Of a DNA stretch of 64,000 nucleotides, positions 12,398 to 27,895 are shown piece after piece; positions within the stretch are counted from its first letter, which is position 1, and every line of letters begins with the position of its first letter. Location of the stretch: the NCBI GenBank assembly GCA_002633005.1, contig NMRA01000524.1, positions 188,381-252,380 of the forward strand, read 5' to 3'. This DNA is from Phoronis australis. Lineage: Eukaryota; Animalia; Phoronida. The translations under genes and the position numbers were made by a program. A model generated the notes under the pieces. The model was not told the DNA's origin. It worked only from the letters and a program-made list of their open reading frames with translations, and did not search any database.

Positions 12398-13558
12398 AAA
12401 ATATGGCGCAATTTCAACATCAACGTCGCATATCACATCTGACGCAGCCAAGTCAAGTTATTTTTGAAATTCATCCTGGTACGGGAATTGGGGATAGTTA
12501 GGCCTATAAAAGATCGTTAACCCAGCCGCAGAGCGTCTAAAGCCGCGCACCGTACCAGTGACTGCTGGCAACTCATCGGAGACTCAACTTTAACATCCTT
12601 CGCCGCAGAGATAACAACTCTTGGGCTGTCTCCGGTGAGTCCATTCTTTGTTGAATGATGTTTAGGTAAAATAAATTTTCATTAGAAACTTTTAAATTTA
12701 TTAACGTAACTAAGCTTTTTAACACTTTGCTGTGATGGACGTACGGCACCATGATATCCAAGAGTTGACCTTTGACATCAAGAGGTCAGTGATGTGCCAA
12801 AATTGAAATGTTATTTTTTATAAAGTTTGGGGCTCGTGTGATTGCCCAAAATTCATAGTATAGTGAAAACCTCATAAACAACTTTTTTATGACAATAATT
12901 AGCAACACACATGAAAATTAAGCTAATTTTTTAGGGTCAAGTGACCCCAAAAATTGGTCCATTTAAGCAAAAAATTGGAAAGTTATAGGACAGTCAAATA
13001 TGGGTCCTGAAACTAAAGAGAATGGGCTTTCAGATGAGACCAGAAATGTTAGAATAAGTGTAGCCACAATTTCAATTTTTTTGTGTCGAGGTTGACCTTT
13101 TCAGGCAATTGCCCTGCTATTTTCCTTCAAACTTTGCGGTAGCCCCCCTCCCCCCGGCGTTAAAGTCGAACCTTAATTTTTGACAGAAAGCGGGTGAATA
13201 GTAGATTTAATTAAAAGGTATAGGGGTGCAGTTGAGAGACTTCAAATAACAAGGTATGGTATTCTTTGAGACCTCATTTTGGAATGAAAGATACATTTTC
13301 ACAAGTCATGTCAGAAACAGAACATAACATCACGTATCCACGGATGTTTGAGAAGTTGATCCAACTTTCAGATACTGCGCCATTGTCGGTAAATACAGCG
13401 AGATTCGAGTCTCACAGTGTAATCCATGTAATCCAAGACAGCCTTATTATTGAACAATGTTGATATACTTTCCAACAATCGAACTTAGATATGTGAAATG
13501 GGATGATGGCTCATGATGCTTCGTGAGTTATCTCCCTTAGACTTTGCAACAAACTTAC

Positions 13559-13678
13559 CATCAAAACTGTTTCCCAAGCCATCTTCATCAGAGTCACTGT
13601 CTGAGTCAGATACTTTGTAACCATGTGTCTTGTCCCAGTCTCGAAATAGGACCGATTCACGATAACCCTCATTGCGAC
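13559..13678 (-). CDS. AGBL2: CCP2/3-like exon (GRNEGYRESVLFRDWDKTHGYKVSDSDSDSDEDGLGNSFD)
   Basis: tttcag|GT...G|gtaag, 120 nt, phase 1/1. The frame is open and joins both neighbouring exons. Confidence 0.75.
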
Positions 13679-13931
13679 CTGAAAATAAACAGAAACGTTG
13701 ATCTTCCTTACGTCATTCCAGCCAAATGCAAAGACAAAGCTTGGTGAGGGAGGTCACTCACAATTCACACAATGAGTGAAACTATCGATTCCACGATTCG
13801 CGACAGTATTTTCTCTAGCTTCAATCGATGACGGACAGAATTTTGTTTCTCCATTGAATGCCCGTAATTCTCCTCATTGTCACCGCCACCAGGTGTCTCA
13901 CTCCCTAACTACCACCCTACATTTCAGTTAA

Positions 13932-14199
13932 AGCCGCAATATTCGACCCGTTCAGCTGGCTAAGAAACGGAAATACAATTAGACCTTTTATTCTGCCTTA
14001 GTCTCATGACTTTCCTTACCATAATAGGAGCCTATCTCCAGCTCCAACTCAAGTCACAGGTAATGCGAACATGCGACATTGTGTTAGTAACGGAACAATT
14101 GATTCAGATCATGGTAAGGAAACTATGAGACCATTTCATGAGAGTAAAAGGCCTAATACGATTTTCATTTTTGCCAGTTAAATGGGGAGAAATGCAGCT
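13932..14199. mobile_element. TTAA-flanked palindromic MITE (Kolobok-like)
   Basis: TTAA|AGCCGCAAT...ATGCAGCT|TTAA. Internal inverted blocks: gtctcatgactttccttaccat / atggtaaggaaactatgagac, and gaccttttattct / gagtaaaaggcc. Confidence 0.7.
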
Positions 14200-17100
14200 T
14201 TAAAGTTAAATTTGAATTGGCAACAGCTCACTATCTGTTGCTTTGTTAGTATGTCAAGCTTCACCAACATGCCACTAAGGTATTAACAAAATTGCTGCTT
14301 GGCTTTACTGAAGCGTGTTGTGTATAGGTGCATTGCTTCACATTCAGGCATACGGGGTTAAATGTGGACAAAGTTCACTTGAAGAGCAACTGCTACCCAA
14401 TGTTGTAAACTCAAAAGGAAATCTATAATACATGAAATGCAATTGAGTGGGGTAAAAATAATAAACAAAACTGATTGTGTATGAAATGGTTTTATAAAAA
14501 TGGAAAGTAGGAGACTGTTAGGTAAACACAGAAGACAGGTAAATGAGTATGTCCTTGTCTGGGAATACCTCATAATGAATACATGACAGAAGAGAGTGTC
14601 AAACATTATTTCCAAAAATAATCAAAGGATTGTTGTGAAACAAAATGCCTCATGTGAATGGACATGTTTTCTCAGAAAACCACTATCATTTAATTTGCGT
14701 AAAATTTCAAGTCCAAGCCAATGCAAAGTATGTTCAAGGCTCATTTATTAACTGAGTGCGGAAATCTGAAGGAATCTATGTTTGTAAGAACCACTATGGT
14801 AAACTGGTCCACTTTTTATAATCCTTTGAATATCACAGCAGAACAAGACAACTGAGGCAAACAAAAAGTGGGTTTAACAGAATGTTTTGTGCTACAATTA
14901 TCACTAAAAAAGTGATAAATGTAAAACATTTCAGACATGATACATGAGACAAGACAATCAGGAGCTCACTGATGTAATGATGAAATATTGACCCTGATTA
15001 TGTCCTGGCAGGTATTCCTTTATTGATGGATTTATTTCTACCGGTATATTGAGAAGGAAAGAAGCCGTACAAATAATCAACAGGACGTATTTCAGAAATA
15101 TTACGGTAACCCACTTACTAGCACACAACATGGCTGACAGGGAATATTTAAATAATTCATTTTGTTATATTTATCAACAAAAATCAATAATAAAAAAACT
15201 TTAGTCATCTCTTTTCTTTGTTTGTAGTGAGTGGATATCATTAAACTAAATTTTTGAACGTTTCCATTAAAAGCACCATGGTAACCAGCCTTTGAAAATA
15301 GAAAAACGACAATTTCGGCAACTATTTTTGTGTGAAATAAGTGAAGCATTACTGGATGCATTCTGATCGGGATGCCCAACATAATAATTCACCAGTGTCA
15401 GAGTTCTTAATTTAATAGTCAGAAATATGAAGTAGTCCCACTCAGCATGTAACGTCCTTTACATCCATGTCATTGCAGACATTAGATGCAAAACCTACTT
15501 TTCTGGAAGGACTGTGAGTCCAAAGTTACAGGAGTGCATGCGTATGTTCTACTCTTCTGTCGAGAAGAGATGCGGTACATAAACAGGGTTGTTTCCAAGA
15601 CAACAAGAGCTATATGTTTTACTGCCCCATGAATTTTTATTTGTCAGTACACTACTAACTTTAATTTCCAATTGCCAGATAGGTTGTTTGTAAAAATTCA
15701 GTGAAATGGTTCAGATAAGGAACTTTAAAATGGCAAAACATAGATTTGGTGCTAATCCAATCATCCTGTACCCTTGTGATCTTAATCATTGGAGGTGCTC
15801 AAATTTTTTGGACCAGGTGAAGGTGAGAACCTTCTTCCATTAAGCCAAAGGCTGCAGCGCAGCTGCAAGTAAACACCGCGACAGTCTTAAACAAGCAGAA
15901 AGAAAGTTTTGACAATATATGTGAAAAGACTTTGTAGATAATATATAAACAGGCGGGTGACACTTTAAACATGACCAGTGTTGTGATCACAATCAATGTT
16001 AAACATGGACTCTTCAGGCTGATTGTACACATGTTTGAGGGAGGAAATATCTCTCTCAAGAACACCTTACTTTGTCAAACAGAGAAAGAAGCCTTAGGGA
16101 GACAAGCACACATTTGGATATCAATATGGAGGCCATCCTTAGCCTGTTCAGTACACGATGTGGCATAAAGGTGGAATTCCATTTCATTAAACTTACTAAC
16201 AAGATTGAAGGAAAATTTTTTAGTATTCATATACTACCCGTATGTTCGAATGAACAACTGTTGTAATAAAGCAGACGTTTGAACAGAAGGCAGATGAGAC
16301 ACCTAAAACAAGCATTTACCGAGGCCTCCTGTTGGCAGTCTTACGAGTCAATTTGTGCAAAATATTTAGTATTCTGCCAAATCCCAAAATGTCAATATTT
16401 AGACCACGCATTGTGATGAAATTGGTGTCAAGCTGTCCCTTAGTTAAACTAGGTGTGAGCTGAAGGCTTGGAAAGAATTTGCAGCTCAACACTGGAGACC
16501 ATGTTTTACAAGTTGCCGTGTCACAGCACGTTATTCTATTCACTGGGCACGGGTCTCGAGGAATAACAAACCATCAGTTCATTGCAAGACCAAAAATCAC
16601 TCCTCTGTCTAAGAAAGAAACGAGTTGAGATCATGCAATTTATAGCAGTAAGAAGTTTACATTAAAATTTAACTTCCTCGAGGGAACACAGGTTTAAATT
16701 TCCTGATTTTTCTACCTTGTTAATGATTAAATGAATGGAATCGTTTTGCATGACGTGCCAGGGGAAAGACATTCCAAAGTAATTTCAACAGCTTAATCCT
16801 GGACCTCCCTCCAACTGACCTGTGATCCACACCAACTCCATGTACTGCAGATCATTATGGTATTGAGCATTAACAGTTTCCCTGCACTAATTCCCCTCTA
16901 TTTTCACCACCTCCCATAAAGGTTTAATGTCCAGGCTAACAAAGCAGCTATTTAACTTAGTTCTTTGGCCCTCAATAAAAGATAACAGGAGAATACACCC
17001 TAAGTAAAGGCTTTCACTGTTTGAGATGTATTTAACAGGTATTTAAGTTTTCAAATGTGCCAATAATTCAAACAATATTAGTGTCAAGTTTCCTGTTATT

Positions 17101-20100
17101 TTTACACCCTGTGGTTAAGCCGTGTGTTGTCCAGTCCCCACATACAATATTAGTGCACAGGAATAGTGTTCAAAAACAGCAAATTTCATCGTCTCGCAAA
17201 ATCGAATCCTGGATAATTTATAAAACACTTTTTCAGAGTTTCTGGTTTAATCGAGGAACAAGTAAAGAGTTGATTACCAGGCTAAACTATCAGAAACAAG
17301 AAATTATTTTCCAACAAATACTTCTAAAAAACGCATCCATGTCTGAATGTTTTGTTATTCATATAAACATTACTAATTTGTGTCATTTGATGTCCTTCAT
17401 GCTTAAATACTTTGCACTCTTATTTCACTTTCTAGCTGTGTCAATTTCTACACTGCGTCCATGTGCATACGCTGTATACATGTCAACCCTCTCACTTTAA
17501 CCACAATTCTTCAAAATATAACCAACACAACATATTTAAGCCTATCGCTGACTTACTAGATGGAAAGGCGGTGCCTCATGAACAACGCATTTTCACTGTC
17601 ATCATTTCCGTCCTCCATCCCCCCCCACAGTGACTACCAATTTTGCCAAACATTCTCCAAACTATCGCAATCCAAGAATACAGAAAACCGTAGCATTTTA
17701 GCACTGTGCTATAGCATAATCAAAAATGCATAGCAAGAATATGTAAAAAATTATAGCAGTTGACAATACACGCATAGCTCAAAAGGAAGAGAACAAGACG
17801 GAAGGAATGATGTTGCTAACTACAAGTGCACCTTGGTCACTAACTTATCAGTTACAACCAATGTTTGTTTTTACAGAATGTTGTAATTTTGTCTGGGTAA
17901 ATATTGCAAGTGACAGGGGAGGTAATGATGGGCCAAATGCCAACAGTGGAGCAGTCTCCAATTGAGGACAATTTTCACTAAATTTCTGATTTAACTAATT
18001 TTCAGCGACTACATGTATCTGCATCATTGAAAACGCTTATTTTTTAACAAATGTAGTTTGATTGACACCTGTACCATTCAAACCATAAAGCAAATTGAAA
18101 TTGCGTGCAAATTTTTTAATATTTTTTTGAGAAAGCTGATGGCCACCATATTCAGTTTTCTCCCAAATTACAGCTAGTCAAACAGTATCGATTGCTTATT
18201 TCACAAACCACACAGAGATCTCTGGCATTCACGCACAGTAATGCAACAATTTGTGAATAATTTAGACAAAATTAAAAAATAGTCAGGTGAATCACGCACA
18301 CTGATAGTTTTTTCTTACCACTACTACAAAGTAGGCATATACACACATAAATGGAATTGTAAATACTGTTGACAGACACTTAAGTGGTGTCTAGAGAGGC
18401 GCCAATTGATGCATGAACAAGATAATTTGACACAAGTGCTCCCCTGGAAGAAAATTAAAATAACAAAACTCGACAACTATTGGATAATTTACTCTAGCAC
18501 TTTGAGATAGTGGAATTGCATCTGAACAATTCCCACCAGTGTAAGTGCGCCCGCCCGTGTGGTCAAATTCAAGAATTTGTTTCAATTTAAAACATCTCAA
18601 ATTCTCAAAACAAATCTTCAATCTTGTGAGATCACATATAAGTGTCTTTCTCTCTCTTGACCTAATTTCTAATTCTGCAGGGTAAGACAGGCCGAGTTGA
18701 CAGGGATGAATCGTAATTTTTTCGATACAAGCACATTTTGGAACATTTTTGTGTGAATAGCTGGATAGTGACTCCACCGCACAACAACTGCAATTTAATA
18801 ACATAATGGTTGTAAAGATTTACGGTAATGAAAAACTGCAAAATTTCACAGCTGCAGTAAATCCCCATACAAGATGTGAAAATACTGTTCACCAACTACT
18901 TTACTGCCATCTAGTGACAAGGCATATTTCACTATTTCATGTTCTACAGGAAAATGGTTATTAAGAATTATAATCTTAAAAAGTTATTACCACGTATCCC
19001 CATATTTTGTCCTAAGAGCAATAAAAAATTATTGCTTATGCATGGTTTCGCATACAATGGCACGTGCAACTAAGCCAAATAACATATAGACGCAATTTGA
19101 TAAACAGCATGTCTTAATCTTGCCGTTTTTGTCTTTCATCCAAAATCATTTCTTGTTTAAATAGTTAATCAATATTTGAAAAAAGGTCAACATTTCCTGT
19201 TTATTAACTAGCAAGATCCCCACGAGTACTAGTACGGCATTATGGTATAAACGAAGAATCCCAGACTATGTCTTCCAGTGAAACCTCACCAATTTAGGAC
19301 ACAATATGGCCGACGAGTGAAACAGTATTTTTTCGTTCTCTCATAAAAGATATGGCGTATAAAATTGACGCTTTGCCACTGTGAAGTTCCCACTGTAATC
19401 ACCATCAGAAAAATATTTCGAAAAATTGTGGGCATTCACAATTGAGTGTTAGAAGACCCTGAAAAACAAAAACGCATAATTTTAGCAATTATTGTTGTAA
19501 GAAATTGATGAGACTTTACGCTACTGACCACTATAAGACGTGCAGCAGACGTTTTAAAAGCCACAAAATGATCTGCTACTCTTTGAGCTGATGTCCTGTA
19601 CTTTTCAACACTCTTACCGTATAGAGGACCAGGGAAGGACAAGTCAACTTCCCAAGGATACATCTTGGTGACCCTTTCCGCAGCCGAGTCTGTGTTCCCT
19701 TGGTCATGTGACGCAAACAGACCAGAAGTAATACTGGACTTTGCATACCAAGACATTTGCGTAACGTTACGATATTGCACAGACAACAAAATTGCAATCT
19801 CAGCTCCCGCTCACGTGCTCAAAGGCACGACACTAGCTCATTTTTAACCTCTTCGTATTTTGCAACACTGCAAATCACCCGATGTGAAAAAAAGTCCGAT
19901 AAAAACGTACACGGACTGCATTAGTTATGAAATCGAGTCAACATGTCCACAAACGTTCCTCAACGATAGCTTATCTCCCATGATAACACTTCAGACAGTT
20001 AGATTAACGGATCAATCCTCCTTCAACTCCACCAGATCTGTGCTCCACCGAGATAACAAGAAGTTAGCTTAGCAAGGGTGTTAAATATGTCATTATCCAA

Positions 20101-22984
20101 TCCTGGCCATGGAAGGCAATAATCTCTAGATTAATTACTGCTCACTTCTCTAGGTATTGTTTGGGTCCTTCACCCCTTGTCAGGTGCTATATCACACAGC
20201 TGACATGCACAAAATGATCGATAAAAAGTATCAAAACAGCGACTTCTCAGGCCAATCAATCAACTCACGGCTGGTCTCTCTCAGTATGACCATGGACGGC
20301 ACAGGTATCCAAGTGCTCCGCAAAAACGCCGAATCAAACACAATCGCATACTATAAAAGCTAGTCTATTAATCACTTGAGTAAATACTGCCACAAAAAAG
20401 ATATCCAACTAAACACCACACCAAAGCTCATGAACCCTTTCTACCTGAACTAGAACCAGTCCCTAGAGAAACAACATTGGTATTTTCATAGCAATCCAAA
20501 CAAAGCTTGCCCCCCATAATTGACCAATCACCAGGTCACTTAGTTCTCAATAGCCAATGGAAAAGGTTTCACTGTGTCCCTTTCATGCATGTCCCCACAA
20601 CAAAATCCATGCTTTAGCTTTTAAGTCAACAATTACCATTGAGTTGACTAGAATAACAAGACTTTATTAGGTGAAAACTTTTATTACACTGGTATTCTTC
20701 ACTAAAGAATAACACTATAGCTTAGTAGGCCACTACTGCTAAAGGAGAGCACATGAATTTATGGGTTTAAAATTTATAAAACATTTACTTAAATTCTCAC
20801 TCCTTGTGTTTTGGCATATAGCAATAAAAATTTCAACTCGCGCTTCGCTATATTAAATATTTAGTTAGTATCTATGTCTAAACAGCTGAAACTATAAGCT
20901 GAATAATTTCCGAAACCAAGAATCACTGGAGTAGTCAGATTTTAAGAAAGAATCTTGAAAAATAACTAGATGCTAAATGACGGTTTTGCACAAGACACCT
21001 ACACACCCTGCAACATTTTCAAGATTGTAGCTCAAAACTCTGCTGTAAAGGTTTTTTGCTAAGAGAACTAGAATTTTTCAACTATCATTGACAGAGCAGG
21101 CTATTATGATAATTATAGTAATTCCACACTAGATTAGCACACAACAAAAATAAAGACATTTTAGTTTATTACTGGCTTGGTTCAATGTCCAATGTAAATA
21201 TTACCACGACATCTGATGAAGTTACTAATGATTGCAGCAATCAACATTTGAAAAATGGGAAATTGACAATTTTGTCAATAAGTGAGGAGCACGGAACAGT
21301 GGAATTTTATTTTGTAGTGATGATAAAATAATCATTAAAAATCAACGTCTCCTGCTACATGGTCTGCATGATGAAGCCGTTACCAAGCAACACACTTATA
21401 CCTGTATATTACAGTGGCGCTGACCATTATTCAAGTGCAAAACAGCCGAACTAACAACTTAATCATGAAAACAAGAGACTTACTAAACAGGACCTCAGAC
21501 TTGTAAGGCCAAAAAAGCAGGCTTGGTTCTCGTCTTTGCGTACACTAGCAAAATGCCCACCACTAAAGTGATTTGTTACTGAGGCTCCAATATTCAATTA
21601 TCAAATAATATTCATAGTTTCTATTTCAGAAATGAAAAATTCTCCATGCTGAACCATCCTATATCAACTATTGTCACCATTATTCAAGAAAATAAGAAAT
21701 AAATTATTCTCTCAGTATGCTATAAATTTTTCAATTTGGTCATCAACATAATTACAAAATGAAGACAAAAATGTTAATACTACATCTGAAGGAACACTCG
21801 AATAAAAAGCGAATTAGTGAATCAGCAACGGTAGTGCCACCTATTGACAACCACTTCACCACCCTGGTTTTTGTTTTATGACTCAAGTGCCACCTATTGA
21901 GAAAATTATTTGAAATTCTTGAGATGAACCTATGGAAACTGATTGTGTCTTGATTTATTTCACTTGATTTTGTGCCCAACATTAATGTCTTGACCTTTTG
22001 AAACTAATTTTGTCTAGCAAGAGTAGCCTACGCAGCAAACATGTGTAATGCGAAATGACAACAACTTAATTTTATCATGATCTACCTGAATGATTTTGAA
22101 AAACTGTTTGTACCTCATTATCCAAGAACATGTATCCAGAATATATTTTAGAAGACAAAACTCTAAAAATAAAAATGGCATTAAAAAGGTCAAATAAAAA
22201 AGGCTAGACTTGCTTGACAGCACAAGCCAACAACACAGTACGACCACGAGCTAAAAATGTTCACTCTTCAAACACTTACAGTATGTAAACTGCTATGAGC
22301 CATGGGTTCCTGGATACCACATTTATTTATAGAGCCTACCCACAACATACTGTGTGGTGTTTGATCAGGATCAAACCAATGTATATCTGATGGCAAACAA
22401 TCAATGACGAATATCCTGAATTAATCTGCTCAGAAAAGAGATAGAATGACAACATGTTTGCCAAGGCTTTTATTATTTGCACATTAAATTCGGCAAATAA
22501 AAAGTTTGTGATAGTAGAAAGTCAAGCTTTACACTACCGGAAGATGTGGTGACTATAGTAGCCAACTTCCAACAATTACTAAGGATATGTAAGCAGGCAT
22601 CATAAAATTGACGGAGAAACGCTTAGAAATTCTACTTGGATTTTCCACATGCATACAAAGCATTTCTGAAAATGCATAAAAATTTATACTATGCGCTATG
22701 ACTCATCGCATGGCATGATGGCATTCCAGCAACTCTGGCGGCCATTTTGTCTGATTGTTTTACACATGTTCTGTATATTCCAGATTCTATAAAATCGCAA
22801 ATGTTCAAAACAACAGTAGGAATACAAGAACGCACTTTTATAATATATTTATTCAAGCCATCTATTAAATTACTTTCTGAAATGGAAATGCAACCTATAC
22901 AACTACATGTTAACCCACTAGTTAATGCCAACATCTCCCTAGAAACTGTTAACTTTAAGTAATACAACCAAGAACTACACTGCT

Positions 22985-23720
22985 CTTCACTATACAACAG
23001 CGAATATAGGAAAATTTAAGGCAATTATATTTGTAAGAGATACATTGTGCGACTCCCAACAATATATCCTGACAGGAAATGGTGTCTTTCCATGTGTAAA
23101 ATCAATTAGGCTCTTGGATGTGGCAATCAACCATGAGCTAACCTTTCGAGATCACGCAGATAAACTCTTTAGACGGCAGAAAATCATGCACAGTCGCCGC
23201 CATCTTTATTTGAAACCAAACTTATCTTGTATCGTGCATTTATAACATAATATCTTAACTGATGTCTGCTTGTTTGACACATGTGTGGCATTGCTAGGGG
23301 GGGATTTAATTTCGCACATTCACCTTTATTTTCAATGAATACCCAATCCCCATACTCCCTGTTGCAGTCTAGAGCTAACTCAAAATCCCATAGTAGTGCA
23401 CAAAAAGAATTCCTAGCTATGGCGATATTCAAAAAATCTCCACAATATTGGATCAAAACTGTTAAGCTACGTTAGCTTTATAAGGTTTTAGTGAGAACTG
23501 TACGGGACAAATTGCATTACAAGCCAAGGTGTGTCTCTATTGGAACAACTTACGAGAGGAAATTAGATATTGTACAGGCAAAGTAGTTTTCAAAACCCAA
23601 TCTAACACCATGTACAAATAATCAACTGTGAACATGAAGACTGCGTGCAATGTAGAATTCTGTTATGACCATTTCCTCCTCTGTCATCTGTATTTGTTAT
23701 TGTCATTCTTTCCAGTCTTG
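22985..23720 (+). mobile_element. Decayed 3' part of an L2/Crack/Daphne-like LINE ORF2
   Basis: Peptides ANIGKFKAIIF and CVKSIRLLDVAINHELTFRDH resemble the RT thumb (LGVxIDxxLxFxxH). WNNLREEIR...VFK resembles the C-terminal WNxLP motif. Frameshifts are present. Confidence 0.65.
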
Positions 23721-23724
23721 TCTT

Positions 23725-24070
23725 CTTTATTTATATATTATTTGTTATTATAATGTTTACAATGAGGGCAGCACCATCAGTTCTCACTGCTTTCCATGGG
23801 GGGCCCTCAAAACAATATATTGTAAATAGTGTTTAGTAGAGATTTATAATTTGATATTGCTTACTTGAACACCTGTGCTAATGTTTTTGCAATATTCTCA
23901 ATAATCATGTAAAACAAAAATTTTACCTACTAACTTTACTTACTTACATAACATTCAAATGATTCAAGTACACATCAAAATATTTCGACAAAATGACTCG
24001 TAATTCCCAGTCCTGACCGCTGGGCAAATGCCAAATTCCTCGTCATATTAACCTTCCCTCATCACCAAGA
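23725..24070 (-). mobile_element. Possible second LINE 3' end, tail-to-tail with the preceding one
   Basis: The minus strand reads gagggcccccatggaaagcagt...ctgatggtgctgccctc followed by an (AAT)-rich tail, like CR1/L2 3' stem-loop tails. Confidence 0.35.
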
Positions 24071-27000
24071 ACGACGGGGAATAATTAGCAAAGTTACTAA
24101 GGTGGTATCAACAAAATTTGAATTTTGCCACCATGACAGACATTCCAGTCATTTTTTATGTTAACAGAATTGTTCATTAGGACGCGAGAACTGTTATTTT
24201 GTCTGATTACACATGTCATGTACTGTACGTTTCTTACACCTGACCTCAGGGTTTAATTCCGAACTACGACTCGACCATTCGAAACTTAAAGAATTGACTA
24301 GTACTCAATGATGCTATTCGGAAAACTCTACACTGAGCAGAGGCTCTAAAAGTAGTCCCATGGGCAAACATCAGAAAAAAGTAGTTGATTCTTACCAATG
24401 GGCATAATACAATTGAGGGACATGTTTGGTGAAATTCACACTAAGAAAGCCGCCTTTGGAACGGTTCACCATTTGGAAGACAAATTTGTCACATTTTTAA
24501 TATGGCGAATTTTTTTCTCGCTTCAATAAATAATTTGATAAATGTCCATTTTCAACAATGTATAAAATCATTTTTCTGAATTTTCCACGACTGAAAATCT
24601 TTAACATGCCCATAATCACTTCTAAATCATGTCACCACCATTCCTTGTGGAAATTGACATTTTGTTTTGAAAATAACTTTCTAAAAAATATCAAAACTGT
24701 GGCAACTTGTTTGAACTTTGTATTCCTACTGAAAATACGCTAGGAACAATGTCTTACATTTTTTGTTTAAGTTGCCCTTCAGCAGTAGATATATCAGTTA
24801 TATCAAAGTTCCTTCTCAAAACTTCGTCGCAAGTCTTCATTGCTGACAACCAATACCTCCATTGCTCAAAGGACAATAAAAAATCTACCGTAAGTTACGG
24901 CACCTCTGACTATAGACTGTAAAATAAGTGTTGGCCAAATTGACCGACTAAAGAGAAGTGGATGTTTAAAACTATTGAAAGCATCAGAAGTAAAGACCAG
25001 AAAATGACTGAAGAAAACTTGGAACAGAAATGAAACCAATGAGGTGACCTTAAATTAAAATGTTGTGCTAGTGTGACAACAACCACGGTTCCGTGGAACT
25101 GCAAGCTCACAGACGTCTTCACGGTTTTCAACGGCAGAAGTAATCCCAATCAGACCGTATATTTGGCCCAGAATTGAATAACATAGAATCTTGCCACTTT
25201 AGTGCACAATATGGTGGTCGAGTGAAAGCTAATATCCCCTTCCCATGAAATATAAGTAATGTCAAACAAATGCTTTATTACCTTTAAGTTTTATTCAACA
25301 CTTCAAATAATATTTTGCAAAATTGTAAGAATTTACAACAGTGTTAGAAGCCTTTTAAAATTAAAAGAACAACATTTGACAATTATTTATGCCTGGAATT
25401 GGTCAGATTTTCATGTACCAATAAAAATATAGTTGTAACTTTAATGAAGTGAAAATCTGACTTTTGAAAAAATCAACAAAGGATGATGACAATTACTATT
25501 TAACGGTATGACCTAACCCTACAAAAATACCAAATTAGGTCAAATGTCGAACATACGGTAACACCTGAAGAAAAGACTATTCAGGTTCGATTGAAATTTG
25601 AATGCATACAAGCAGTGCCATGTTTTAGAGTGGGACCCTTTTGTTAGTTTTTTAGGTAATGCGATAGGAATTCTTTATCTTTTAAATTATTAACACCAAA
25701 CCCATAAAAATATATACATTTCTAAAATGGTTGATGATCACAGACTCTTATTATGTGCAGGAAAGAACAACCAAATGATTGAAATCACATAAATGTGATG
25801 TTTGTTTTCTAAAAAAAACATGATTTTTCATGGAGATCGCCACATTTTCTACATTTTCTGCATGAAATTTTGTTTCTTAAATAAATCTATTACCTGTAAT
25901 AAGGTGTCATAGGTTTTCTGTTAACGGCTATTAAACTGAGAGCTTGGCTCTCAAGAGTCAAGACCTCTGTTTTCTCAAGGAATTTTTCACATTCAAGAAT
26001 GATGTCATTATCATTAGCACGTTTTTTGCTAGTTTATTAAAAGGCAAAGCCACCTGACTCAGTCACTAGCTGGCAGATTGGTATCAAGTCAAATCAAAAA
26101 TAAACGGTATACGCTTTCTACTTTCAGTAAACATACACATTTATTGAGTCAAATTTAACAGTTTTTTTCACATCTGGCAAAACTTACTGATAATGTTACT
26201 CAAGAGGCTGAAATTATGTGGCAGGCACCCCCCCCCCCTGTGTAGGGACATTGAACTATCATTTTATGATTTTATGTCACTTGCAGCAGGACTCTATTAA
26301 TCACAGTTAACTTTTGTACTTTCCTTCCAGTAACTTGTTAATCTATAGCCCAGTCTGTGTAATAGTCAACCCCCTGTGGTGAGAATTCTTTGAATGTGTT
26401 TATTATAAACCCATTGTTTGCTGGGTGGATAACCTATTGACAACAAACACATAACCCTCTAATTCTACACTAATACAACCAATGAGTTAATACAATCAGT
26501 CCCCACCAACATGCAAGGGTCTTTTCATATTTCAAATCAAAAGTTTCAGGCCTTGTGAATGGTGCTTAAAAATCTCCATGTATAATGGGGACACTGGTTT
26601 CCAAGCTGGGTTCATTGAACGACTGATATCAGCTAAAATCTTATAGACATCACAACCAAAGTCTTGCCAAAAACACATGTCATTGATAGAATCAGTTATT
26701 AAAAATCAAGCCATGAAATATGAGAATCTGAAGATCAGAATCTTCACTGAAAGAAGGCAGGCAAATCAAAATTTCTAAATCTACACGAAGGGTATCAGTT
26801 GTGATTGGTTCCTAAAGATATCGTTGATTTGAAATCATAAATAAGAAAGATAATGTGCCTGTACAATAGCCTGTTCATCCAGCTAGGAGTACTGCTTCTT
26901 ATTAAACAACTCAGTGAGAAACTAAGTTGTGCTCTCGCCAACGGGAACAATGCAGACTATTTGCTCTCTGATTATGTTCGCTATAAATTATTTTTTTCAG

Positions 27001-27895
27001 ATTCAGGGGTTGCGGAATGTCAATGTAGACATACCATAGGTAATAGGTAATTTGGTGGAAAAGTAAAACATTTTGTGAAAGCAAGAATAGAAGTTAATGC
27101 AGGTGCAAACATATGACCAACGACAATGACCTCGCGTGTAAAAGAACTTTTGAAAAACGTATATCTATTTACTGTCACAAGTCTCCCTTTATTCCGCGCA
27201 AAAATGATTGCCAAACTGTCATTTTTCATTTTATTTTCTAGGCTCATTGCCTCGGTGAAAACATTGATTTATGATACCAGAATGGTACAAACCAAGGTGA
27301 CAAAATATTTTTACTTAGTTTTTGCAGAAAAATTCAACAGCTTTAGCACTGATCCACAGCCAATACTATGAGGTGTTAAGTTAAATCATCTTGTACATTC
27401 ATAATGCACAAGGTAAGCAGATGGCCAGAAGTAAATCAATCTATAATTTAACAGACACACCTATCAACAGTCTCAGAGACCATACAGTCAGTCATCAGTT
27501 AGTATGCCCTGTATATACAGTAGAAATTCTCCAGCCTGGGTAGTCTCTAAAATTTGGGACACGAAAATTCAAGCTGAAATTGAATTTTCTTGATTCTGAA
27601 GATTGCGCACTTAATTCATTAGATAAATATCGGGACACTGCATTTTGTATCAATAGAGGACAGACTCAGCGGTTCCCAAAATTGCTGTGATTCAACAGAG
27701 TGTAATGTCAGGCTGAGCCAATGACTTGAGGTTGACTGCAATTTTTGAATTTGGGATGGCCAGTATTAGCTCTCAAATTTCCTGAAAGCTCAGACCTTCA
27801 GCAAAATAATTAATTTTTTAATATCCCGAATCGGAGAATTTTTTTTATCGAGGCTAGCTCTGGTACGATGTTCTGTGGTACATAGATCAGCTTAC

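Noticed and set aside
19436-19847. Cluster of overlapping ORFs in a GC-richer patch
   Set aside because: No recognisable motif, and no consistent splice sites could be assigned.
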